Numbered from the stretch's first letter, positions 37,923 to 48,435 are shown. The stretch: DNA of 64,000 nt from Candidatus Magasanikiibacteriota bacterium (GCA_021648085.1 JAKITS010000001.1:541671-605670), one strand, 5' to 3'. The notes: generated by a model from the letters alone, not told the origin. Program-made: numbers and translations.

Positions 37923-37974
37923 GAATATTTTTTCTTTTTTAGTTTAAACTACTTACTCTTCCTATTTTACTGTT

Positions 37975-38478
37975 TTACAAAAGTCTCCAGTTTCTAGCCA
38001 ACCTATCGGACAAAGGTTCTTCTTTTTCTATATCTTCTGCCAAATACTGACTCAAGATTTGTTTTATCTCCAGTGGATTTTCATCTAAAAGTGGAATTCT
38101 TAAAATTGGACGCAATGCACTTTCTGTTTCTATAAACAAAGTCTTCACATCTTCCAAAGGGTTGTAAACAATAAAAAATTCTGTCAACTCTGAGTATGAA
38201 TAAAATCTTGTACCAAGAATAATACCCAACTCTGAAATTTTAAACTCAATTTGTGGAGCCTGTTGGTGAGCCTGAAGAAACAAAATAATAGAAAATAAAA
38301 TAATAATCAAAGAAAAAAGAAAATTACCCGTAATAACACCGACGACAACCATTCCTAAACCAGATGAAATAATTAAAATAAACCAAAGCCTGCTCCTGCT
38401 TTGTTGCTCGTATTCTTGGATAGTCCACTCTTGGTGAATATCTCCCAATAAAGTTTTTCCTGTTATTTGTTCTGGCAT
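37975..38478 (-). CDS. Hypothetical membrane protein (two N-terminal TM helices plus a soluble domain)
   Basis: 167-aa intact ORF. Confidence 0.5.
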   Translation of the reverse strand: MPEQITGKTLLGDIHQEWTIQEYEQQSRSRLWFILIISSGLGMVVVGVITGNFLFSLIIILFSIILFLQAHQQAPQIEFKISELGIILGTRFYSYSELTEFFIVYNPLEDVKTLFIETESALRPILRIPLLDENPLEIKQILSQYLAEDIEKEEPLSDRLARNWRLL

Positions 38479-38567
38479 ATAAAGACATTATACAACAAAA
38501 CAATAAAATAATAAAATACAGAGCTAAATATTGCCAAACACCATTTTTTCCCATATAATAAGCTTAT

Positions 38568-40004
38568 ATGCAGAGAACTGACATTAATTTTGTTTTACAA
38601 GGAGAGGATCAAGAGTCAAATCAACAAGAACCTGGCAAAAAACGTTCCAAGTTTTTTTTATTTTTGATTGTTTTTGTATTACTACTTTTGGGTGGCTATA
38701 CAGCACGCGCAATAACTTCAAACAGCTCAAACAATCCAGACGATTATGATCCTATAACACTAGAGCCTGTTCGACCTGAAGGAATCTTTCAAAGACTAAA
38801 ATATTTTGTATTTAACAAAGAGGTAAAACTAGAAGGGGAAAAAGATGACAGAATAAACATCCTGCTTTTGGGTATGGGAGGTTTAGGACACGACGGACCA
38901 TTTCTTACAGACACTATTATTATTGCAAGTATAAAACCATCCACAGGAGAAGTTGCAATGATTTCAATACCTAGGGATTTGGGAGTATATATAAAAGGTG
39001 AAGGTTGGTGGAAGATAAACCACGCAAACCACTTTGGAGAAAAACAAAAATCTAACCAAGGCGGAGCTTTTGCAACAGAAGTTATTTCTGACACTTTCAA
39101 CATAGATATTCCATATTATATTCGAGTAGACTTTAAAGCTTTTGAAAAGATTGTAGATGATGTTGGAGGCGTAAATGTCTTCGTTGAAAATGCTTTCAAA
39201 GATAGTCAATATCCAGCAGAAGACGATTTATATAAAACAATTTCATTTGCTCAAGGTGAACAAGAAATGAACGGAGAAACTGCACTTGAATATTCAAGAT
39301 CTAGACACGGAAACAACGGCGAAGGATCAGATTTTGCTAGAGCAAGAAGACAACAACAAGTTATACTAGCTTTAAAAGAAAAAGTATTTTCTTTTTCTAC
39401 ACTCGCGAACCCACTCAAAATTTACAACATTATAAAAACATTAGACAGACATATCACCACAAACATGGAGTTTGCTGATATCGTAACATTTATGAAAGTT
39501 ATAAAAGAAGATTTGGACACAAAAAATATAAAAACTTTTGTGTTAGACAATAGCCCAAACGGATACTTAAAAAATATAGTCGGCGCAAACGGTGCTTATA
39601 TGCTTCAGCCAAAAACTGGAGATTTCGGTGAAATAAATTATCTAATTGCAAATATTTTTGAAGCTCAGCCACAAAAACCACAAATAGTAGCAGAGCAAAA
39701 TTCACCAAAATATTACAGCGATGCTAAAATAGAAATACAAAATGGAACTTGGATAGCAGGAATGGCAGCAAGACTAGAAAACAAATTAGAAAAGAAAGGT
39801 TTTGATGTCGGTGAACTTGGAAATACTGCAGAGAGACCACAACAATTAAGTGGTATATATATAATAGGATCTGACCAAAAAACAGATACAGCAAAGGCGT
39901 TAAAAGAAGAACTAGGAATATCCATAAGAAAACTACCAAATAACTTGACTTTTACCTCCAGTAGTGATATTCTTATCATCTTAGGAACAGACTTTGAATT
40001 ATAG
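38568..40004 (+). CDS. LytR-CpsA-Psr (LCP) family cell-envelope phosphotransferase with C-terminal LytR_C-like domain
   Basis: 478 aa; N-terminal TM; LCP core INILLLGMGG...DTIIIASIKPSTGEVAMISIPRDL. Confidence 0.85.
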   Translation: MQRTDINFVLQGEDQESNQQEPGKKRSKFFLFLIVFVLLLLGGYTARAITSNSSNNPDDYDPITLEPVRPEGIFQRLKYFVFNKEVKLEGEKDDRINILLLGMGGLGHDGPFLTDTIIIASIKPSTGEVAMISIPRDLGVYIKGEGWWKINHANHFGEKQKSNQGGAFATEVISDTFNIDIPYYIRVDFKAFEKIVDDVGGVNVFVENAFKDSQYPAEDDLYKTISFAQGEQEMNGETALEYSRSRHGNNGEGSDFARARRQQQVILALKEKVFSFSTLANPLKIYNIIKTLDRHITTNMEFADIVTFMKVIKEDLDTKNIKTFVLDNSPNGYLKNIVGANGAYMLQPKTGDFGEINYLIANIFEAQPQKPQIVAEQNSPKYYSDAKIEIQNGTWIAGMAARLENKLEKKGFDVGELGNTAERPQQLSGIYIIGSDQKTDTAKALKEELGISIRKLPNNLTFTSSSDILIILGTDFEL

Positions 40005-40009
40005 AAAAT

Positions 40010-41410
40010 ATGCCAACACCCGCACAAATTATAGACGAACAATTACCAACCATTGCCCTTGTTGGTCGTGTTAATGTTGGTAAATCTACTCTTTTCAATA
40101 AACTAATAGAACAAGAAAAAGCACTTGTATCCAAAATTCCAGGAACAACAAGAACTAGAAATGAAGGGGAAATGCTTTGGCGCGGACAAAGAATTAAACT
40201 TGTAGATACTGGTGGTCTAACTTTTACAGATGATGTTTTACTAGAAGAAGAAATAATTGAACAATCTGAAAAAGCATTAAAAGAAGCTGATGTGATACTT
40301 TTTATTACAGACGCACACACAGGAATTTTGCCACAAGAAAAAGAATTGGCAAAACTACTTTTAAGAAATTACAAAGACAAGCCAATAATGCTTTTGGCAA
40401 ACAAGGTAGACAGCACAAAAATAGAAAGAGATTTAAGAGCTGACAAAGACTGGTTTAAACTTGGTTTTGGTGCTCCATTCCCTGTTTCTGCTGTAAGTGG
40501 TAGAAATGTTGGAGACTTTTTAGATAAACTTTACAACATACTAGACGCAATAGACATAAAACCAAAAGATTATAATGAAATAGAAAATATTATAAATATT
40601 TCTGTTATAGGAAAACCAAATGTTGGAAAATCTTCACTTTTCAATAAAATTATCGGGGAAGACAAGGTAATTATAAGTGATATGGCACATACAACCCGTG
40701 AACCATTTGACACACTTGTCACATACACACAAAAAGTAGGAGACGAAGACAAAATATACAACTTAAATTTTATAGATACAGCAGGAATTCGTAGAAAAGC
40801 AAGGGTAAAAGGATTTTTAGAAAGAAAAGGTATTATAAAAAGTATAGATTATATAGATAAATCAGACCTAGTTTTATTTGTACTAGACGGCTCTGAACCC
40901 ATATCTTCCCAAGATAGACAACTAGGTGGACTCTTAGAAAGAAGAGCAAAAAGTGTTATTATAATAGTAAATAAGTGGGATCTTGCAGAAGACAATAGCC
41001 AAACAAATCAAATCAATGTAAAGAAAATGGTTTATTCTCACTTTCCTCACCTAAATTTTGCACCTATTGTTTTTACAAGTGGTTTGAGTGGAGAGAAAAC
41101 TCACAAACTCTTTCCAGAACTTATCAAAATTTGGGACGCAAGACACACCTTCATATCAAGAGGTGCTCTAAAAGTATTTATTGAAAGTGTGACGAGACAA
41201 CACAAACCATCTCGCGGAAAAGGAACAAGACAGCCAAAGATTTTAGGTTTCAGACAAATAGCCGAAAATCCTCCTGTTTTTGAGCTTGCTATAAAACACA
41301 AGACCTCACTACACCGTTCTTATATGAACTTTATAGAAAACAGACTTCGTGAACAATTTAATTTTATTGGAACACCCATTATAATTAAATTGCGTAAAGC
41401 AAAAATGTAA
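40010..41410 (+). CDS. der: Ribosome-biogenesis GTPase Der (EngA)
   Basis: 466 aa; tandem G domains (GRVNVGKSTLFN, GKPNVGKSSLFN) and C-terminal KH-like domain. Confidence 0.95.
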   Translation: MPTPAQIIDEQLPTIALVGRVNVGKSTLFNKLIEQEKALVSKIPGTTRTRNEGEMLWRGQRIKLVDTGGLTFTDDVLLEEEIIEQSEKALKEADVILFITDAHTGILPQEKELAKLLLRNYKDKPIMLLANKVDSTKIERDLRADKDWFKLGFGAPFPVSAVSGRNVGDFLDKLYNILDAIDIKPKDYNEIENIINISVIGKPNVGKSSLFNKIIGEDKVIISDMAHTTREPFDTLVTYTQKVGDEDKIYNLNFIDTAGIRRKARVKGFLERKGIIKSIDYIDKSDLVLFVLDGSEPISSQDRQLGGLLERRAKSVIIIVNKWDLAEDNSQTNQINVKKMVYSHFPHLNFAPIVFTSGLSGEKTHKLFPELIKIWDARHTFISRGALKVFIESVTRQHKPSRGKGTRQPKILGFRQIAENPPVFELAIKHKTSLHRSYMNFIENRLREQFNFIGTPIIIKLRKAKM

Positions 41411-41426
41411 TTGAACATATGATAAA

Positions 41427-41660
41427 TTTCTGTTCTTTTCTAAATTTCTAACCTCCAGAATATTTGAAATTTCCCGCTAGCAGACAGGGAATTATCATTA
41501 GTTCGGCACTTTTGATTACCTTTTGGTGTCAAAAGGTAAAGTGAGAACATTTTGATGTTATCGCTAAAAGAGAATGTTTTTAAATCAATGTTTAAGGGAT
41601 TCCCGCCTGCCGGCAGGTAAGCCCCACTTTGGTTCGAAATGACAGAAAGGAAATAAATAT
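41427..41660 (+). repeat. SLR family copy (canonical medium form) between der and pth
   Basis: TTTCTGTTCTTTTCTAAATTTCTAACCTCCAGAATATTTGAAATTTCCCGCTAGCAGACAGGG...TTACCTTTTGGTGTCAAAAGGTAAAGTGAGAACATTTTGATGTTATCG...CCTGCCGGCAGG...TTTGGTTCGAAATGACAGAAAGG. Confidence 0.7.
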
Positions 41661-41691
41661 TTTAAAAGATTATTTTATATAATTAAAAATT

Positions 41692-42237
41692 ATGAAACTT
41701 ATTGTGGGACTGGGCAACCCAGGAAAAAAATATAAAAAAACACGACATAATGTGGGTTTTATGGTTTTAGATAGTTTGTTTGAAAAAATGGCAGAACTTC
41801 ATAGTTTAAATAAGTGGGAATTGAGTAAAAAATTCAACGCAGAAATAGCAGGTTTTACAGAAAATCACGAAAAAATTATATTAGCAAAGCCAATGACTTT
41901 TATGAATCTTTCTGGGCAATCTGTGCAACTATTAGCACACTATTATAAGATACCTCCACGAGATATTATTGTGGTTCACGACGACAAGGATTTGTTTTTG
42001 GGTGATACTAGAATTCAACAAAATCGTGGACACGCAGGACACAACGGAATCAAGTCTATTATAAACTCAATCGGTACAGAAAATTTTCAAAGAGTAAGAG
42101 TTGGTATTGCAGTAAAAAATGAAAGGAAAATGCAAAATACGCCAAAATTTGTTTTAGGCAGGTTCAACATATTAGAAAAAAATAAACTTTCAAAAACAAT
42201 AGAAGATGTTGTAGCGAAAGTGGAAAATTTATTTTAA
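41692..42237 (+). CDS. pth: Peptidyl-tRNA hydrolase
   Basis: 181 aa; MKLIVGLGNPG...TRHNVGF signature. Confidence 0.95.
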   Translation: MKLIVGLGNPGKKYKKTRHNVGFMVLDSLFEKMAELHSLNKWELSKKFNAEIAGFTENHEKIILAKPMTFMNLSGQSVQLLAHYYKIPPRDIIVVHDDKDLFLGDTRIQQNRGHAGHNGIKSIINSIGTENFQRVRVGIAVKNERKMQNTPKFVLGRFNILEKNKLSKTIEDVVAKVENLF

Positions 42238-42239
42238 AA

Positions 42240-43304
42240 ATGCAAATAGAAATTTTACTGGCTCATTGCCCCAGCTTTAGCCTAAAAAAATACAACGATA
42301 TTTTAAGAGTTTTTGGTTCTACCAAAAATTTTTGGGATTCTGGAGATATTAAACTTTTAGGTTGGACGCCAAAATTTATTGAAGTTTTTTCAAATTGGCA
42401 AAAAAAATTAGATGAAGACAAATTGAACAAAATTCTTGTTCAAGAAGACATTCGTGTTATAATTTTTAATGACCTAGAATATCCAGTCGAACTTTCAAAA
42501 GTTTTCGATCCACCTTTTGCACTTTTTGTACGCGGAAATCTAAAAAATAATTTACCAAACTTAGCAGTAGTTGGAACTAGAAAATATACACAATACGGAA
42601 GGCAGGTTGTGCACAGAATAATTCCAGAGATAGCACACGAAATGACAATTGTAAGTGGACTTGCTTTTGGAATAGATAAAGAAGTACACACAGCTACTTT
42701 ACAAATAAACGGACATACAATCGCAGTTTTGGGTGGTGGAATAGACAATAAAACCATTTATCCACAATCTCATGTTGGATTGGCAAAAAATATTTTGGAA
42801 TGTGGTGGAGCTTTAGTTTCAGAATATCCTCCACTCACAAAACCTACTAAATTTTCATTCCCCAAACGCAACAGAATTGTCGCTGGAATGTCTTTGGGGA
42901 CTTTAGTAATAGAAGCACCCATCAAATCTGGTTCGCTCATCACAGCTCAATATGCACTAGATTCTGCGAGAGAAGTTTTTGCGATCCCTCAAAATATAAC
43001 TTCTATCACAGCAGAAGGTCCAAATTATTTAATAAAAAATGGCGCACATCCTGTAACATCACCGCGGGATATTTTTGAAATTTTACAAATCACAAAAAAA
43101 GAAAAAATAGAAAAAGAAAAACCAAAAGCAGAATCCCCAGAAGAAGGGCAAATTATAAACTGCTTAACAGAAGAACCAAAGCATTTGGATATAATAATTC
43201 GCGAAACAGAACTTCCAAATTCAACTGTAAGTAGCACACTTATAATGATGGAAATCCGCGGAGTTGTCCAAAATCTAGGCAATATGAATTATGTATTAAG
43301 GTAA
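42240..43304 (+). CDS. dprA: DNA processing protein A (DprA/Smf)
   Basis: 354 aa; Rossmann-like DprA core (VVGTRKYT...SGLAFGID...VLGGGID) plus C-terminal winged-helix-like domain. Confidence 0.9.
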   Translation: MQIEILLAHCPSFSLKKYNDILRVFGSTKNFWDSGDIKLLGWTPKFIEVFSNWQKKLDEDKLNKILVQEDIRVIIFNDLEYPVELSKVFDPPFALFVRGNLKNNLPNLAVVGTRKYTQYGRQVVHRIIPEIAHEMTIVSGLAFGIDKEVHTATLQINGHTIAVLGGGIDNKTIYPQSHVGLAKNILECGGALVSEYPPLTKPTKFSFPKRNRIVAGMSLGTLVIEAPIKSGSLITAQYALDSAREVFAIPQNITSITAEGPNYLIKNGAHPVTSPRDIFEILQITKKEKIEKEKPKAESPEEGQIINCLTEEPKHLDIIIRETELPNSTVSSTLIMMEIRGVVQNLGNMNYVLR

Positions 43305-43347
43305 AACCCTTGACAAAATCCTCATTTTTAATTATCCTGTACTTTAT

Positions 43348-45540
43348 ATGAGTTCAAAACTAGTAATCGTAGAGTCGCCAACAAAGGCGAAAACAATCAA
43401 AAAATATTTAGGAGTTGGTTATAAGGTCACCTCTTCTTTTGGTCATGTTCGAGATCTGCCAAAAAGTAGAATGGGAATAGATATTAAGGGTGATACTTTT
43501 GAACCAGAATACGAAGTATCTGAAGACAAGGCAAAAGTAGTGGCAACTTTAAAAAAATACGCAAAAGATAGCAGTGAAATTATATTTGCAACTGATGGAG
43601 ATAGAGAAGGCGAAGCTATTTCTTGGCATTTGGCACAAATTTTAAAAATAAAACCAGCAAAAGCAAAACGGATTGTTTTTCACGAAATCACAAAACATGC
43701 TATTGAAGAAGCTCTAAAAAAATCTAGATTTATAAACCAAGATTTAGTAGACGCCCAACAAGCTCGTAGAGTTTTGGATAGATTGGTGGGATACGAACTT
43801 TCTCCATTTTTATGGAAAAAAGTTGTGCGTGGACTAAGTGCTGGACGCGTACAATCTGTAGCAGTTCGTTTAGTTGTAGAAAGAGAAAGAGAAATCAAAG
43901 CATTCAATCCAGAAGAATATTGGAGTGTCACAGGACTTTTTTCAAAAGACAAAAGTCAAGAATTTCCAGGTAAACTTGCCACAATAAGTGGAAAGCGTGT
44001 TGGAAAAATGGATCTAAAAACCAAAAAACAAGTAGATAAAATTGTCACCGATTTAAAAAAAGAAAAATATGTAGTTTCATCTGTAAAGATGAAAAAAGCA
44101 AAAAAGTCTCCACCACCTCCATTTACAACTTCTACACTTCAGCAAAAAGCAAACCAAACTTTAGGTTTTTCTGCAAAACAAACAATGCGTACAGCACAAA
44201 AACTTTATGAGGGTGTAAAACTTGGAAGTCAGGGAATGACTGGTCTTATTACCTATATGCGTACAGACTCTATGGCAATGTCTGAAAAGTTCATAAAAGA
44301 AACTGACACTTTTTTGACAAAAGAATATGGAAAAGAATATGCAAGCGGAGGAAGAAGGTATAAAACAAAAGCAAAAGGCGCACAAGAAGCTCACGAAGCA
44401 ATTCGTCCAACAAATGCAAAATACACACCAGAATCACTAAAGAAAATTTTAAACCCTCAACAGTACAGACTGTACAACTTAATATGGAAAAGAGCTATTG
44501 CAACACAAATGAGTGAAGCTATTTTAGATAAAACCGTAATTGATATTTCAGCAGGAAAATACACTTTTCGCGTAAACGGACAAATTATTGTTTTCAATGG
44601 TTGGCTCAAACTTTATCCAAAACTTACAAAAGAAGACTCACTTCCAAAAATAGAAGAAGGTGAAAAACTAAAATGCTCAAAGATAAATCCTTTGCAACAT
44701 TTTACAGAACCACCAGCTAGATATTCTGATGCTACACTTGTAAAAGCCTTAGAAGAACATGAAATTGGTAGACCTTCTACATATGCTCCAACTATAAACA
44801 CAATTGAAAGTCGTGGCTATGTTTTTCGAAATGAAAATAAAAGATTACAACCAAAAGATATTGCTTTCACAGTAAATGATTTACTTGTAAAACACTTTCC
44901 AAATATCGTGAATTTATCTTTTACAGCTCAAATGGAAAATGATTTGGACAAAATTGCAGAAGGAAAAAAAGAATGGATCCCACTAATAAAAAAATTCTAC
45001 AAACCTTTTCATAAAAATCTAGAAAAGAAAACCAAAGAAGTAGATAAAAAAGATATTACTGAAGAAAAATCCAAAGAAAAATGTCCAAAATGTAAAAGTC
45101 CAATGGTAATTAAGCTTGGGCGATTTGGAAAATTCCTAGCTTGTACAGATTATCCAGAATGTAAAACCACACAACCAATAGACGGCGAAGAGAAAAAAGA
45201 AGCCAAAATGGTACACGAAAAATGTGAAAAATGTGGCGAGCCAATGGCTTTGAAACACGGAAGATTTGGACCTTTCCTAGGGTGTTCTGGTTATCCAGAT
45301 TGTAAAAACATAAAATCTTTTGCAAAGTCAACCGGTGTAAAATGCAACAAATGTAAAACTGGAGAAATTGTAGAAAAGAAAAGTAAAAAAGGAAGGACAT
45401 TTTTTGCTTGCAACCAATATCCAAAATGTGAAAATGCTCTCTGGAGCAAACCAACTGGAAAAAAATGTACAAAGTGTAAACAGCTAATAGTAGAAGCTGG
45501 AAAAGATAAAGTGAAATGTTCAAATAAGGAGTGTAAGTAA
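43348..45540 (+). CDS. topA: DNA topoisomerase I with C-terminal zinc-ribbon repeats
   Basis: 730 aa; TOPRIM (LVIVESPTKAKTI), catalytic Tyr region (GLITYMRTDS), three C4 zinc ribbons. Confidence 0.95.
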   Translation: MSSKLVIVESPTKAKTIKKYLGVGYKVTSSFGHVRDLPKSRMGIDIKGDTFEPEYEVSEDKAKVVATLKKYAKDSSEIIFATDGDREGEAISWHLAQILKIKPAKAKRIVFHEITKHAIEEALKKSRFINQDLVDAQQARRVLDRLVGYELSPFLWKKVVRGLSAGRVQSVAVRLVVEREREIKAFNPEEYWSVTGLFSKDKSQEFPGKLATISGKRVGKMDLKTKKQVDKIVTDLKKEKYVVSSVKMKKAKKSPPPPFTTSTLQQKANQTLGFSAKQTMRTAQKLYEGVKLGSQGMTGLITYMRTDSMAMSEKFIKETDTFLTKEYGKEYASGGRRYKTKAKGAQEAHEAIRPTNAKYTPESLKKILNPQQYRLYNLIWKRAIATQMSEAILDKTVIDISAGKYTFRVNGQIIVFNGWLKLYPKLTKEDSLPKIEEGEKLKCSKINPLQHFTEPPARYSDATLVKALEEHEIGRPSTYAPTINTIESRGYVFRNENKRLQPKDIAFTVNDLLVKHFPNIVNLSFTAQMENDLDKIAEGKKEWIPLIKKFYKPFHKNLEKKTKEVDKKDITEEKSKEKCPKCKSPMVIKLGRFGKFLACTDYPECKTTQPIDGEEKKEAKMVHEKCEKCGEPMALKHGRFGPFLGCSGYPDCKNIKSFAKSTGVKCNKCKTGEIVEKKSKKGRTFFACNQYPKCENALWSKPTGKKCTKCKQLIVEAGKDKVKCSNKECK

Positions 45541-45554
45541 AATATATTATATTA

Positions 45555-45585
45555 AAAAAGTAGATTGTTTCAAATCTACTTTTTA
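45555..45585. terminator. Bidirectional terminator AAAAAGTAGATTGTTTCAAATCTACTTTTT
   Basis: 7-bp stem GTAGATT/AATCTAC with flanking A/T runs, after topA. Confidence 0.6.
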
Positions 45586-45589
45586 CTTA

Positions 45590-45856
45590 CTATATATTTT
45601 TAATAATTGCAAGCCAATTATAATATAATTTTCTGCATTTAATAGCATGCTCTGCAGCTTTTTTTACCAACTGCTCTTTATTATCATCAAAAAAAGATAC
45701 AACTTCTTCAGGAGTTAGTCCTATTTTTTTATGCATATTTAACCAATAATATCCAACCTCCATACTATTTATTTTTAATAGGCTGTGAATAATATGATTA
45801 TCATCAAACTCAGCTCTTACCTCTTCCACGAATTCTTTTGGATATATTTTATTCAC
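45590..45856 (-). CDS. Hypothetical small protein
   Basis: 88-aa ORF; no family recognised. Confidence 0.4.
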   Translation of the reverse strand: MNKIYPKEFVEEVRAEFDDNHIIHSLLKINSMEVGYYWLNMHKKIGLTPEEVVSFFDDNKEQLVKKAAEHAIKCRKLYYNWLAIIKNI

Positions 45857-46003
45857 ATCTCACTCCTTTTTTTTAGCTTTCCAACAAAGAACACCTTAAA
45901 AATATTATAATAAAATTTTATTCAACTGTCAAGCTAAAACACTCAAAATCCTTGCAAAAATACCTAAAATAATGCTACAGTTAAAAGATATTGAGAAAAT
46001 TTT

Positions 46004-47485
46004 ATGGCAAAAAGAAAACAGACAATTGAAGGGTTGCTTGATAAAATAAAATCCTATATACCAAATGCTGACTTAGAAATAATTCAGCTAGCTTATGATT
46101 TTGCAAAAAATGCTCACAAAGGTCAAACCAGAAAATCTGGTGAGCCATATATTATCCACCCACTTGCTGCTGCACACATTTTGGCAGATATGAGGATTGA
46201 TCCTGTTGTAATCACAGCTACAATACTTCACGATGTGCCAGAAGACACAGACATAACACTAGAAGAGGTTGAACAAAATTTTGGTAAAGAAATAGCAGGG
46301 CTTGTGCGAGGAATTACAAAACTTGGAAAACTAAAATATCGTGGAATTGAACGCTATATAGAAAACCTACGAAAAATGTTTATTGCGATGGCAGAAGATG
46401 TACGAGTTATGATTATTAAATTTGCAGACAGAATTCACAATTTGGAAACTTTGGAAGCACTTCCTCCACAAAAAAGATACAGAATTGCACTAGAAAGTTT
46501 GGAAATTTACGCGCCAATTGCAGGCAGACTTGGAATGGACGAGATGAAAGGTAGGTTAGAAGATTTAGCTTTTAAATTTGTATACCCACAAGAATATAGG
46601 CGTGTAAAACAAATTCGAGACGATAGATTGAAAGGTAAAGAAGAATACTTTACAAAAATTCAAAAGAAAGCAAAAGAAAGCTTAAAAAATGCAAATATAC
46701 CAATAATTTATGTAAGTGGAAGGAATAAAAAATTATATAGTTTTTATAAAAAATTAGTTCGCAAAGACAATCAAATTACAAAAATTTATGATTTAGTTGC
46801 AATTAGAATTGTCGTACCAACTATTGCAGATTGTTATGCAACACTTGGAATACTACACAATGTTTGGAAACCTATGAAAGGAAGAATAAAAGATTATATT
46901 TCACAACCAAAGCCAAATGGTTACAAATCTTTACACACTACAGTTTTTGGTGATGATGGCGAAATGGTAGAGTTCCAAATTCGCACACTAGAAATTCACG
47001 AAGAGGCTCAATACGGCGTTGCGGCTCACTGGCATTACGACGAACACGGCTCCAGACTTCCCAAAAAAGAGATTATGTGGGCAAAAGAATTAGCAGAAAT
47101 TCAAAAAGATATGTTGAAAAAACTATCCGATTTAGAAGAAATAAAAGTAGATTTCTTGCAAACTAGAATTTTTGTTTTTACACCAAAAGGTGATGTGATA
47201 GATCTGCCAGAATGTGCCACTCCAGTGGACTTTGCTTATCATATACACACAGATATAGGCAACAAGTGTAATTCTGCAACAGTTAACGATAAAATAGTAA
47301 GCCTAGACGCAGAACTAAAAAATGGTGATGTTGTGGAAATAACAACAAATAAAAACAGAAAAGGACCAAATCCAGATTGGCTTAGTTTTGTAAAAACAAC
47401 AACAGCAAAAAATCATATAAAAAATGCAAGAAAATCTAAAATCCCAAGCTGGATAAAATCTGTGTTCGACTCTAAGAAAAAATAA
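46004..47485 (+). CDS. rel: Bifunctional (p)ppGpp synthetase/hydrolase Rel (HD, synthetase and TGS domains; no ACT domain)
   Basis: 493 aa; HD motif HPLAAAHILADM...HDVPEDT; synthetase motif RIVVPTIADCYATLG...KDYISQPKPNGYKSLHTTV; TGS-like C-terminus. Confidence 0.9.
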   Translation: MAKRKQTIEGLLDKIKSYIPNADLEIIQLAYDFAKNAHKGQTRKSGEPYIIHPLAAAHILADMRIDPVVITATILHDVPEDTDITLEEVEQNFGKEIAGLVRGITKLGKLKYRGIERYIENLRKMFIAMAEDVRVMIIKFADRIHNLETLEALPPQKRYRIALESLEIYAPIAGRLGMDEMKGRLEDLAFKFVYPQEYRRVKQIRDDRLKGKEEYFTKIQKKAKESLKNANIPIIYVSGRNKKLYSFYKKLVRKDNQITKIYDLVAIRIVVPTIADCYATLGILHNVWKPMKGRIKDYISQPKPNGYKSLHTTVFGDDGEMVEFQIRTLEIHEEAQYGVAAHWHYDEHGSRLPKKEIMWAKELAEIQKDMLKKLSDLEEIKVDFLQTRIFVFTPKGDVIDLPECATPVDFAYHIHTDIGNKCNSATVNDKIVSLDAELKNGDVVEITTNKNRKGPNPDWLSFVKTTTAKNHIKNARKSKIPSWIKSVFDSKKK

Positions 47486-47510
47486 ATTCAAAATACTAGA
47501 TTTTACAAAA

Positions 47511-47545
47511 TAAAAAATGACCAATGTGGTCATTTTTTATTTTAT
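47511..47545. terminator. Bidirectional terminator AAAAAATGACCAATGTGGTCATTTTTTATTTT between rel and parB
   Basis: 7-bp stem ATGACCA/TGGTCAT. Confidence 0.6.
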
Positions 47546-48435
47546 ATTTTTGATAATTTTTCAACCAATTCCCTAAACTCATCCTTAGAATAATATTCTA
47601 TAAGAATTGTACCCCTCTCACCTCTTTGAGTTATGCGAACTTTTGTATTTAAAACCTCTTCTATTTTCTCTTCTATTGCTGATAAATTAGGATCGCGTCT
47701 TACAGAACCTTTTCTAGATTTCTGCCCTTTACGCACAATAGCCTGCTCTACATCTCTTACCGTAATATTCTTTCCAAGCATACTCTGATACATGTTCCAC
47801 TGGTCTTTTTCACTTTTCAAACTTAAAAGAGCTCTTGCTTTTCCCATACTTATTTTTCCATCTATCAAAGCTTTTTGTATTTCTCCTGGTAAACCAAGCA
47901 ATCGTATTGTGTTTGCAATTGTTGGTCGTTTTTTACCCACTTTCTGTGCAACCTCACTTTGAGTTAGCCCAAACCTATCTATAAGCCTCTTAAAAGCAAA
48001 AGCCTCTTCAATAGAATTCAAATTTTGACGCTGTATATTCTCAATTAGAGCCAATTCCAACTTTTCTTGCCCGTCTTCAACTTTACGAACCAAAGCAGGA
48101 ACAGTTGCAAAACCAGCAATTTCAGATGCCCGCATTCTCCTCTCTCCAGCTATCAACTCATACTCACCATCTTTTTTCTCATTTACTGTTATCGGTTGTA
48201 AGACCCCATGCTGTTTTATAGAATTTACTAAGTTTTCCAACTCTTGATGTGAAAAATTTTTTCTTGGCTGTTCTTCATTTGGTTTTATTTCTGAAATTGG
48301 AATTTGCCAAACACGCTCATCAGACTTCAGATTATTTTCAGTAATATTTGCTTTTTTTGCAGACTCAACAATAGCAGATTTTGCCAACGGTTTACTTTGC
48401 GGAATAAGTGATCCAAGTCCTTTTCCAAGAGCCAT
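47542..48435 (-). CDS. parB: Chromosome partitioning protein ParB
   Basis: 297 aa; ParB box GERRMRA, HTH, C-terminal dimerisation region. Confidence 0.9.
   Translation of the reverse strand: MALGKGLGSLIPQSKPLAKSAIVESAKKANITENNLKSDERVWQIPISEIKPNEEQPRKNFSHQELENLVNSIKQHGVLQPITVNEKKDGEYELIAGERRMRASEIAGFATVPALVRKVEDGQEKLELALIENIQRQNLNSIEEAFAFKRLIDRFGLTQSEVAQKVGKKRPTIANTIRLLGLPGEIQKALIDGKISMGKARALLSLKSEKDQWNMYQSMLGKNITVRDVEQAIVRKGQKSRKGSVRRDPNLSAIEEKIEEVLNTKVRITQRGERGTILIEYYSKDEFRELVEKLSKI

Noticed and set aside
19783-41660. CRISPR array interpretation of the recurring repeats
   Set aside because: Repeat units are long (150-360 bp), irregularly spaced by whole genes, and variable in content. There are no short, regularly spaced direct repeats with unique spacers, and no cas genes in the window.
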